Source: Candidatus Eiseniibacteriota bacterium (GTDB lineage Bacteria > Eisenbacteria > RBG-16-71-46 > JABDJR01). From it: a DNA stretch of 64,000 bases. Position 1 is the first letter of the stretch. Every line of letters starts with the position of its first letter. This document shows positions 43,537-51,047 of the stretch, piece by piece. The position numbers and the translations under genes were made by a program. The notes under the pieces are model-generated. The model did not search any database. It was not told the DNA's origin and saw only the letters and a list, made by a program, of their open reading frames with translations. The stretch is from the NCBI GenBank assembly GCA_963783375.1, contig CAWANH010000028.1, positions 768,001 to 832,000 on the forward strand, given 5' to 3'.

Positions 43537-44945
43537 CGGTCACCTCCCTCGGGCTCCAGGGTCGGGCCCCGGCCCAGGGTATGTTCGAGCTCGGCCAACG
43601 CCACCTCGTAGCGATACAGGGTTTCCTTCTCCGAGAGACGCGCCTGGGTCAGCGCCAGGTCCGCGTCCAGGACCTCGAGCTGGGTCGAGAGTCCGCTGGA
43701 ATAGCGCACCTGGGCGATCGCGTAGGCCTCTTCGGCCAGCTTCACCCCCTGGCGCACCGCCGGGATCTCCTCCTCGGCGGCGCGGAGATCCGCCCACCGG
43801 CTCCGCGCCTCCAGGCGGATCGACTCCTCGATCTGGTGCACGGTGATGCGGGCCTTCTCCGCCGACGCCCGCGCCTGGTGGGTGAGCGCCCGGTTCTGCC
43901 AGCCGTCGACGATCGGCCAGGTGAGGGTGAGGCCGACCGCCGCCGACTGCGCGGTCTCCTTGTCCCCCGGGATGAGCCCCTGGGAGCTTTGCCCCTGCCA
44001 GGTGTAGTTCCCATCCAGGTAGAGGAGCGGCAGGTCGTTGGCCCCCTGGGCGTCGGCCTGGTGCCCGGCCGCTTTGGCCTCCATCCGCGCCGCGGCGAGG
44101 GCGTCGCGTTGGTCGAGCGCCTCCTCCACCGCCTGCTCCCGGGTCACGGTGAAGGGGACGTAGCGCAGGGTGTCGCTCAGGGCCACCGGCCGGTCCAGGG
44201 GGAGCCCGGCGGCGCGCTTCAGGTTCTCCAGGGCGATGGCCGCATGGTTCCGCGCGCGGGTCACCGCCGGCTGGCGGCTCGCCACCTCGACCTGGGCCCG
44301 GAGGAGATCGAACCGGGGGGACACTCCCTTGTCCACCCGCGCCTGGATCTCGTCCCGCCGGCGCTCGGCCTGGGCCAGGGACTCCTCGGTGATTCCAACC
44401 TGGGCTTCGGCGAGGAGCGCGCCGTAATAGGCCCCGCGCACCTGGAGATTCACGCTGGAGGCCACGGCGTTCCCGGAGTACCGGGCGGCGACCGCCCGAT
44501 CCTTGGAGGCCTGGTAGGCCGCCCCCACCCGGCCCGAGCTGTAGAGGGGCTGCCGCAGCGACAGGGTGGCCGAGTACGCGTTGTCCTCGCCGATGGTGAT
44601 CGACTGCGACGCTCCGCTCGAGTCGGGGAAGAAGATCACCGGCTTCTTGAGGTTCCGGTTGTAGGAGGCGTCGAAGTTGACCTTGGGGAGGGCGTTGGAG
44701 AGGACCACGCCCTTCTGGGCCTGGGCGATCTTCACGTCCTCGCGGGCCAGGGCCGCGGTCTCGCCCTGGCGAAGGGCGTAGCGCACCGCGTCGTCCACCG
44801 AAAGGCGGAGGGTGTCCGCGGAGGCCGCGCCTTTCCGGGCGTCGGGGGCGGGCGTGGATCCCGCGTCCGATTGGGCCCCGGCCGCCCCGGCGCCGATGAG
44901 CGTCCCCACCAGGACCGTCATGAGTTCGATTCGGAATCGTTTCAC
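43533..44945 (-). CDS. TolC family outer-membrane efflux protein
   Basis: Real gene is the C-terminal part of the 860-aa ORF (GTG 44945, VKRFRIELM...). Signal peptide, LSLRQPLYSSG, GVSPRFDLLRAQV, RYSSGLSTQLEVLDA. Confidence 0.92.
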   Translation of the reverse strand: MKRFRIELMTVLVGTLIGAGAAGAQSDAGSTPAPDARKGAASADTLRLSVDDAVRYALRQGETAALAREDVKIAQAQKGVVLSNALPKVNFDASYNRNLKKPVIFFPDSSGASQSITIGEDNAYSATLSLRQPLYSSGRVGAAYQASKDRAVAARYSGNAVASSVNLQVRGAYYGALLAEAQVGITEESLAQAERRRDEIQARVDKGVSPRFDLLRAQVEVASRQPAVTRARNHAAIALENLKRAAGLPLDRPVALSDTLRYVPFTVTREQAVEEALDQRDALAAARMEAKAAGHQADAQGANDLPLLYLDGNYTWQGQSSQGLIPGDKETAQSAAVGLTLTWPIVDGWQNRALTHQARASAEKARITVHQIEESIRLEARSRWADLRAAEEEIPAVRQGVKLAEEAYAIAQVRYSSGLSTQLEVLDADLALTQARLSEKETLYRYEVALAELEHTLGRGPTLEPEGGDR

Positions 44946-45634
44946 GGTTTGCGTCTCCGCGAGGCGGCACCCACCGCGATGCCGTCCCAAAGAATTCTCC
45001 GGATCACCGGAGCCCGCTTTCGCACGTCTCCCCGGAACCCGGACACCACCCAGCGGGCAATGAAGCCGTTCACCAGGTCCCGGAAGGCGGTCAGGAGATC
45101 GTCGGGGTCGAGATCCACCAGGTCGCCCTGGCGAATTCCATCCACGAAGAGCGCCCGCGTCTTCCGGTCCAACGACCGCTTGAACCGCAGGCTCCGCTTC
45201 GAGAATCGGGCCTCGATCCGGACGTTCACCCCCTCGGTCTCGTTCAGATAGATCTGGAAGAACCGGCGGTGCCGGTCCACGAAGGCCAGCGCGGTGTCGA
45301 TGAGGCCGTCCAGTTGCTCCAGCGCCGGGCGCGAAGCCAGGGCGGTCAGGGTGGCGTCCACCGCCCGTTCCATTTCCTCGCCTTCCCGGTCGATGACCGC
45401 CTCGTACAGGGTGCGCTTGTTCCCGATCAGGTTGTAGATGTGCCCCACGCTCACCCGTGCCGCGGCGGCCACGTCGTGGACCGAGGTTGCCTCGAACCCG
45501 CGCTCCGCGAAGATCGCCAGGGCCGCGTCCAGGATCTCCTGACCCTCTCGCTCCCGCGCCTCGGCGCGGCGGGATCCGGTGCTCTTCCTGGCGGCATTGG
45601 GGCTCAACGGGGGCTCCCGTGAATAAGGGTTCAT
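44942..45634 (-). CDS. TetR/AcrR family regulator
   Basis: ILDAALAIFAERGFEATSVHDVAAAARVSVGHIYNLIGNK; true start may be TTG 45607. Confidence 0.93.
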   Translation of the reverse strand: MNPYSREPPLSPNAARKSTGSRRAEAREREGQEILDAALAIFAERGFEATSVHDVAAAARVSVGHIYNLIGNKRTLYEAVIDREGEEMERAVDATLTALASRPALEQLDGLIDTALAFVDRHRRFFQIYLNETEGVNVRIEARFSKRSLRFKRSLDRKTRALFVDGIRQGDLVDLDPDDLLTAFRDLVNGFIARWVVSGFRGDVRKRAPVIRRILWDGIAVGAASRRRKP

Positions 45635-45683
45635 TCCATGAACAAGGGTTCACAATTCTAGGTGGAGGGTGGGGGCGGGTCAA
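45619..45683 (-). promoter_or_regulatory. sigma70 promoter and tandem operators of the tetR-tolC-MFP-RND operon
   Basis: Minus strand TTGACC (45683-45678)-17 nt-TAGAAT (45660-45655); two TGAA-N6-TTCA dyads, TGAATAAGGGTTCA 45620-45633 and TGAACAAGGGTTCA 45639-45652. Confidence 0.8.
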
Positions 45684-45745
45684 GCCCGGAAGTGGGAGGG
45701 GGGCCGGGGGGAGCCTGGCGGCTCGGTCCCGGGACAGACCGCGCC

Positions 45746-45790
45746 AAAAAGCACGAGGCCCGGGTGTGGAGGAGGACCACCCGGGCCTCG
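45746..45790 (-). terminator. Strong intrinsic terminator
   Basis: 13-bp perfect stem CGAGGCCCGGGTG/CACCCGGGCCTCG, loop GTCCTCCTCCA, then TGCTTTTT. Confidence 0.85.
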
Positions 45791-46054
45791 CTTCGGGCCC
45801 CGCGTAGCAACGCGACTCGGACTCAAGAATTGGCGACCGGCCGTCGGACCTCAGGGGCGCTGTCAGGGAACACGGTGTCTCAATGTCCGGTCGCCAAACC
45901 GGTTTGCCCTGGATGGGGAACGGCCGCCCGCCGTAGCGATCCGAGAGGCCTTGCGAGGAGGAGGAGGGGGACTGGAGAGGGCTCGGTCCCACGTTCCGCT
46001 CCGACGGGCGTTCCGCTTGCGCCTTTCGGCGCTTCCCCTGCGAGGGCGTACGCC
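45746..46054 (-). ncRNA. Candidate sigma54-dependent structured non-coding RNA (about 310 nt)
   Basis: Bounded by a sigma54 promoter and an intrinsic terminator; several hairpins; CU-rich tracts; no credible ORF. Confidence 0.6.
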
Positions 46055-46064
46055 CAATGGATAG

Positions 46065-46134
46065 AGCAGGAGTCGTGCCAGGAGATTTTCGGGGCCGTCT
46101 CGGAACGCTTAACATGTTGATTTATTGTGGGTTG
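46065..46134 (-). promoter_or_regulatory. sigma54 (-24/-12) promoter with upstream IHF site
   Basis: TGGCACGACTCCTGCT (46080-46065) with GG and GC correctly spaced; TAACATGTTGATT (46110-46122) matches the IHF consensus YAANNNNTTGATW. Confidence 0.75.
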
Positions 46135-46424
46135 AGTCGGCAGCGCGACGATCGCCCCTCCGAGGCCGGCTCCGCACTCCCCGGGGGAAAACCCCGCGGG
46201 TTGGGGGGCGGAGCACCCAAACCGGGCCCCCGGCCGGGGTAACCGATTGGCCAGAAATGGGTTTGATGGGTGGCGGAGATCAGCCGGAGTGAGTGGGCCT
46301 TGCCCCACGCGGCTGATTTGAGCCGGTGAGGGGAGCCGGGAGTCCGGGGAAGCCGTGGAGCGGGGGCCACTTCAGGGGGGGGACGCGGCGCTCCGGGGAC
46401 TCGCCCGGCCGGCGCCGATCCGGC

Positions 46425-47423
46425 CTACTTCCCCCCGGCGCCCTCGATCAGGCTGTGGTACATGGCGACCACCGAGCCCTCGAAACCGACTTCCACCCCG
46501 GGATGGGCCTTTCGCCAGGCATCGAAGGCCCGCTCCGAAACGAAGAGTCCGTCGCTCGAGCCGGGAGGGGCGAGATCGGCGGCCCAGGCGTTCCCGGGCT
46601 TTCCGCGCCGGAGCTGGCCCCCGGCGAGCTGCATGGCGACCAGGCGGCCGGTCTGCGCGCAGGGCCCGCTCAAGACGAAGGTGGCCGCGGAGAGCGGCGG
46701 CTTGAGGGACTCCAGCGCGGCTCGGAGGTCGACGAAGTCCCGGACCGGCTTGTCCTCCTCGCGGAGGCTCACGAACTGGAGGGCGGGGCTTCCGGCGATG
46801 GCCGGGTCGGCTACGCGATAGATGGTGGAATCCGCCGGGCCGCTCGTCGCGACCCAGCCGGCCGAGGCCAGCGCGTCGAGGGCGGTCTGGATCAGCTCGT
46901 CCGGGACTCCCAGGTCGTCGCTCAGGGCGCCCGCGCTCCGGGGCCCGGCCTTCCCGCCGGCCAGGGCGGCCAGGGTCGCCTTCTCCGTGGAACTCAGGAC
47001 CACCGCGGCCACCGGGAAGAACCGCGCGGAGCCCATCCGCCAGCCGGGGTGGGCGAGGAACTGCTCGCCCAGGGCCAGCCGGTCCCCGATCGACATGTCC
47101 CGGCCGGTGGGGGTGAGCTGGACGTTGGGGAGCCGGGTGGGGGACTTGGCCGCGGGGTAGATCCAGAGCCGGACCAGCTCCTCGCACACCGTGGAATCGC
47201 GGAAACCGAGGGCCCCCCACTGGGCGCGCACGTTGTCGATGAACGGATCGTCGGGCCAGGCCGGCCCCAGGCTGTCCGGCGACACGCCGGCCACCGCCTC
47301 CCGGTAGAGCGCGGGATGGGCCATCGCCACTTCCTTCGGTCCCTTCTCCCGGGGTCGGAGCACCAGGACCAGGGCCACCACCACCACGACGATCAACGCG
47401 ACGACCAGGCCGATACGTTTCAT
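46425..47423 (-). CDS. Membrane-anchored hypothetical protein with wHTH plus MerB-like C-terminal region
   Basis: N-terminal TM; LSDDLGVPDELIQTALDALASAGWV (wHTH-like); SGPCAQTGRLV...KP...LFVSERAFDAWRKAHPG resembles the MerB core. Confidence 0.6.
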   Translation of the reverse strand: MKRIGLVVALIVVVVVALVLVLRPREKGPKEVAMAHPALYREAVAGVSPDSLGPAWPDDPFIDNVRAQWGALGFRDSTVCEELVRLWIYPAAKSPTRLPNVQLTPTGRDMSIGDRLALGEQFLAHPGWRMGSARFFPVAAVVLSSTEKATLAALAGGKAGPRSAGALSDDLGVPDELIQTALDALASAGWVATSGPADSTIYRVADPAIAGSPALQFVSLREEDKPVRDFVDLRAALESLKPPLSAATFVLSGPCAQTGRLVAMQLAGGQLRRGKPGNAWAADLAPPGSSDGLFVSERAFDAWRKAHPGVEVGFEGSVVAMYHSLIEGAGGK

Positions 47424-47523
47424 GGGGCGGGAGCTTAGACGAATCCCGGGGCGGTGTCACGAGGGCGCGCGGAGCTCGGGGGAGGCGACGGGCCGCGGAA
47501 CCGGCGGTATGCTCCGCCCCGTC

Positions 47524-48096
47524 ATGCACGATCCCCGCGACGACGATGCGTTGATGGCCGCCACCGCGGCGGGCGACGAGGCCGCGTTCCGGACGCTGGT
47601 GGAGCGGTGGGAGCGCCGGGTGTCGGCGTTCCTCTTCCGGAGCCTCGGCTCGCCCGAGGACGCGGCGGACCTGGCCCAGGAGACGTTTCTCCGTCTCTAT
47701 CGCGCGGCCCCCGGCTACTCGGCGCGGGGGCGGTTCGCCCCGTTCCTGTTCCGGATCGCGGGGAACCTGGCCCGAAACGAGATCCGCCGCCGTGCGGTGC
47801 GCCGGTTCCTCTCGTTCGGCGGGGGATCCGAGGAGTCGGCCGAGGCGGCGGTGGACCGGATCGAGGGGCCGCCCGGGGACCGGCCGGACGAGGCGCTGGA
47901 TCGGGCGGAGGAGGTGGAGCGGGTGCGCCGGGCGCTCCTCGCCCTCCCCGAGCGGCAGCGGGTGGCGGTGGCGCTCAAGCGCTTCGAGGGGATGAGCCAG
48001 GACGAGGTGGCCGAGGCCATGGGGATCTCGGTCAAGGCGGTGGAGTCGCTCCTGGTGCGGGCCACCGCGGCGCTCCGGAAGCGGCTGGGGGGGTAG
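47524..48096 (+). CDS. ECF RNA polymerase sigma-70 factor
   Basis: GDEAAFRTLVERW, DAADLAQETFLR, FLFRIAGN, LPERQRVAV...EVAEAMGISVKAVESLLVRA. Confidence 0.95.
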   Translation: MHDPRDDDALMAATAAGDEAAFRTLVERWERRVSAFLFRSLGSPEDAADLAQETFLRLYRAAPGYSARGRFAPFLFRIAGNLARNEIRRRAVRRFLSFGGGSEESAEAAVDRIEGPPGDRPDEALDRAEEVERVRRALLALPERQRVAVALKRFEGMSQDEVAEAMGISVKAVESLLVRATAALRKRLGG

Positions 48097-48274
48097 CCCG
48101 GATCCCCGACCGCCGATCATCCAATCGATGGAAACTCAACAGGTTGACCTTGCCCTGCCACCGCCGCCGGCGGCAGATTCAGATTCCCCCGCAGGATTTT
48201 CGCCGCTTCCGGGTTCTGTTGAGTGAAGCGGCCGCCACCCGGGCGGCCGTCCCCAACTCCGAGAGGAACCCGCG

Positions 48275-48790
48275 ATGCGACACCTCGACGACACCCTCGC
48301 CGCCCGGATGGCCCTGAACGAGGCCTCGGCGGACGAACAGAAGTGGGTGGAGGGGCACGTCCCCGGGTGCGAGCGGTGCCGCCGGCTCGTCGAACAGACG
48401 CAACAGGCATGGAACCAGCTCAAGGCCGATCCCGCCGATCTCCTCGAAGACCTTCCGATTTGGCCCGGGGTGGCCGCCGCTCTCGACGCTCAGCAGCAGC
48501 CCGCGTCGGGGCGGGCCGCCCCGGTCCTTCGTCCCCGCTGGCGGACCGCGGTGGCCGAGGCGCGGCGCCGGCCGCTCGCCTATGCCGCGCTCCTCCTGGT
48601 GACCGCGAGCCTGGTGGGCGGGAACCTGGCCGGCCGCGTCCTCTGGACCGCGCCCGCCGCGTCCGCCCGGACCGAGGAGCTTTCCGATTACACGACCCTG
48701 AGCGGCCTTCCCGAGGGGTCCCTGTCCGCCATCTACCTGGCCCCCGATCTCGCGGCCACCAACGGGACCGGCGGGGAGACCGGGCCGTGA
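48275..48790 (+). CDS. Zinc-finger (zf-HC2) transmembrane anti-sigma factor
   Basis: HVPGCERC (HxxxCxxC) and a single TM; follows the ECF sigma. Confidence 0.85.
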   Translation: MRHLDDTLAARMALNEASADEQKWVEGHVPGCERCRRLVEQTQQAWNQLKADPADLLEDLPIWPGVAAALDAQQQPASGRAAPVLRPRWRTAVAEARRRPLAYAALLLVTASLVGGNLAGRVLWTAPAASARTEELSDYTTLSGLPEGSLSAIYLAPDLAATNGTGGETGP

Positions 48791-49356
48791 AGCGCTGGGC
48801 CTGGATCCTTCTCGCGGTCTCCCTGGCCTTGAACGTGGGGCTTCTCTCCGCCGCCGCCGTCCACCTGGCCGACATGAAGCGCGACCAGGCGCGGCGATCG
48901 GCGGGGTTCGGGATCCACGCCGAGCGCGGTGGGGCCGAGCGCGGCGCGCGACCGGGCCGGGGGCGCGGGATGGGCATGGGTTCCGAGAACCCGAACGCCG
49001 ATCTCCTCCGCCACTGGCCGGAGCGGCGCATCCGGCGTCTCACCGCCGCCCTGGATCTCACCCCCGAGCAGCAGGCGCGGCTCCGCGCTTCCCTGGGTGA
49101 ACTCCAGGGCGGTATCCGCGGCCAGGCCGGGGAACTCATGCGGGAGCGGATGGCGCTCCACCGGGCGCTCATGTCGGGGGCGGTGGAGGACTCGGTGGTG
49201 CACCGGCGGGCCAAGCTCGTGGGGAGCTGCCAGGCGCGCCTGGACAGCCTGGCCGCCGAGGCCATGGTGCGGGAGATGGCGGTGCTCACCCCCTCCCAGC
49301 GCGAGCGCTATCAACAACTTCAAGCGGGGCCGAATGGTGAAGCGGAACCGAGGTAG
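48787..49356 (+). CDS. Periplasmic heavy-metal-sensor / Spy-CpxP-like protein
   Basis: GTG 48787 overlaps the anti-sigma stop; ILLAVSLALNVGLL, LDLTPEQQ, LTPSQRE (LTxxQ motifs). Confidence 0.85.
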   Translation: MKRWAWILLAVSLALNVGLLSAAAVHLADMKRDQARRSAGFGIHAERGGAERGARPGRGRGMGMGSENPNADLLRHWPERRIRRLTAALDLTPEQQARLRASLGELQGGIRGQAGELMRERMALHRALMSGAVEDSVVHRRAKLVGSCQARLDSLAAEAMVREMAVLTPSQRERYQQLQAGPNGEAEPR

Positions 49357-49431
49357 GACCTTGGACCGCGGGGAAGCTCCCGCGCCGAAACGAACAGGAC
49401 GGCGCGGGACCGAACGAAAAGGAGTCAGATC

Positions 49432-50217
49432 ATGAAGCAGCAAATCAACCGGAGGGTCTGGACGGCGGCCGCGGTGGCCCTGGCCCTCGGTGTCACCTTC
49501 GCCGCGGTGGGCCAGGCCCAGACCACCCGCGGCCGCGGGCGCACCCAGAACGCGCCCCGGATGGAGAAGCAGAAGGCCCCGCGCCCGATGCTCGCCGACA
49601 AGCTGAAGCTCTCGGATGCCCAGAAGGAACAGCTCGGGGAGCTTCGGACCCAGGCCCGCGAGGACGCGATCCTCCGCCGGGGGAAGATGGCCGACCTGCG
49701 CGCCCAGATGAAGGTCGAGTTCATGAAGGACACGGTGGACAAGGCCAAGGTGCGCTCGCTGGAGAAGGACATCCGGGCGCTTCGGGACGAGGGGTCCTCG
49801 GCCCGGCTCGAGCACCGGCTCTCCATGCTCGACGTCTTCACCGCCGACCAGCGGAAGGAGCTCAAGAAGCTCCGCTCCGAGGCGCCGGGACGAATGGGGA
49901 TGCAGGGCCGGGGGATGATGGGCCGGCATGGCCGGGGGATGATGCGCGGGCGCGGACACGGCATGGGTCAGGGACCGATGATGCACCCGGGAATGGGGTG
50001 CGGCCGCGGCATGCAGCAGGGTTGGGGACAGGGTGTGCGCCAGGGTCCCGGACCGGGCATGCATCCGGGTCGGGGGATGCGGCGGAACTCGCGCCCCGAC
50101 GACTCCGACGGCACGATGATGGGTCCGGGCTGCCCCCTGGTGGGCCCGGAACTGGGCGTGCTCACGGATGACGGGTTCGGACCGGTCGGCTGCGCTGTCG
50201 CGTCGAACGGTCGGTAG
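49432..50217 (+). CDS. Spy/CpxP family periplasmic protein with Gly/Met/His-rich tail
   Basis: Signal peptide, LKLSDAQKEQL, VFTADQRKEL; AAGGAG RBS. Confidence 0.85.
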   Translation: MKQQINRRVWTAAAVALALGVTFAAVGQAQTTRGRGRTQNAPRMEKQKAPRPMLADKLKLSDAQKEQLGELRTQAREDAILRRGKMADLRAQMKVEFMKDTVDKAKVRSLEKDIRALRDEGSSARLEHRLSMLDVFTADQRKELKKLRSEAPGRMGMQGRGMMGRHGRGMMRGRGHGMGQGPMMHPGMGCGRGMQQGWGQGVRQGPGPGMHPGRGMRRNSRPDDSDGTMMGPGCPLVGPELGVLTDDGFGPVGCAVASNGR

Positions 50218-50364
50218 CCGCGACGCGGGCGGGAAGGAACTCCATCGGAGGCTCTCCCCGTCCGTATCCGGTGATTGGATCGGCTGGAACGGGCCGGCTC
50301 CCCTCGAGGGGCCGGCCGGTTTCGTGACCGGTGGCGTCGGGGTCCCGGCACCGCCGCGGTCCCG

Positions 50365-50661
50365 TCACCCCCGGGGTTTCAGCGTCACCAGGGTCGCTCC
50401 CCAGCTCCCGCCGGTCGCATCGGCCAGTCGGTAGGAGGCGACCTCGGGGAGGCGGGAGAGCACCGCGTGCACGGTGCGGCGGAGGGCGCCGGTACCCTTC
50501 CCGTGGATCACCCGCACCTCCAGGATCCCCGCCTCGCGGCAGGCGCGCAGGTACTCCGGGACCAGGTCCTTCACCTCCCGCGGGTGAAAGGTGTGGAGAT
50601 CCAGGACGCCGTCGATCGGGACCTCGATGGGATCGGGCTCGTCGGGACCGCGCTCATTCAT
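50365..50661 (-). CDS. Stand-alone Smr/MutS2 domain protein
   Basis: PIDGVLDLHTF, VRVIHGKGTGALR, GSWGATLV. Confidence 0.92.
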   Translation of the reverse strand: MNERGPDEPDPIEVPIDGVLDLHTFHPREVKDLVPEYLRACREAGILEVRVIHGKGTGALRRTVHAVLSRLPEVASYRLADATGGSWGATLVTLKPRG

Positions 50662-50669
50662 GGTGGACC

Positions 50670-50942
50670 TCAGCCGCGCCCCAGAAGATAGAACACCCCG
50701 ATGGACACGAAGACGAGGCCCGCCCCCCGCTTGATCCAGATCTCGGGAACGACCCGGGTCAGCGCGTCTCCGACCAGCACCGCGATGGCCGAGGTGGCGG
50801 CCAGGGCGAGCGCGGCGCCGAGGAAGACCGCCCAACGCGAGCGGGCGCTGGCGGCGAGGCCGAAGGTGGCGAGCTGGGTCTTGTCCCCCAGCTCGGCCAG
50901 GAAGATGATGCCGAAAGTCGAAACGAACAGTCTCCAGTCCAT
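50670..50942 (-). CDS. TMEM165/GDT1 (UPF0016) family half-transporter
   Basis: IFLAELGDKTQLAT signature; 3 TM. Confidence 0.93.
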   Translation of the reverse strand: MDWRLFVSTFGIIFLAELGDKTQLATFGLAASARSRWAVFLGAALALAATSAIAVLVGDALTRVVPEIWIKRGAGLVFVSIGVFYLLGRG

Positions 50943-51047
50943 CCGGTTCCTTTCTCGGGGTGATTCTCACCAGGACACGTCGGCCGCGGCGCGGGTCACG
51001 GCCTTGGGAGCCGGTGCGGGCGCCCGGGAGGCCGCCCGCGAAACCGG

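Noticed and set aside
45635-45655. Rex operator (TTCACAA half-site)
   Set aside because: Only one half matches TTGTGAA-N4-TTCACAA; better explained as the TetR operator
45870-45915. c-di-GMP-I riboswitch-like start CAGGGCAAACC...GGAC on the minus strand
   Set aside because: Lacks the GNRA loop and the following GCAAAGCC/P3 elements; the segment instead forms an 11-bp long-range stem
45746-46054. tmRNA, RNase P RNA, SRP RNA or 6S as the identity of the candidate ncRNA
   Set aside because: No GAGGAAAGTCC, no tRNA-like ends with CCA, no SRP GGAA/AGCAG helix; length and multi-hairpin layout do not fit 6S
44946-46115. N-terminal ~390 aa of the 860-aa ORF and the 64-aa ORF 45863-46057
   Set aside because: Low-complexity Pro/Arg/Gly-rich text from an alternate frame; overlaps tetR and crosses a terminator; no RBS
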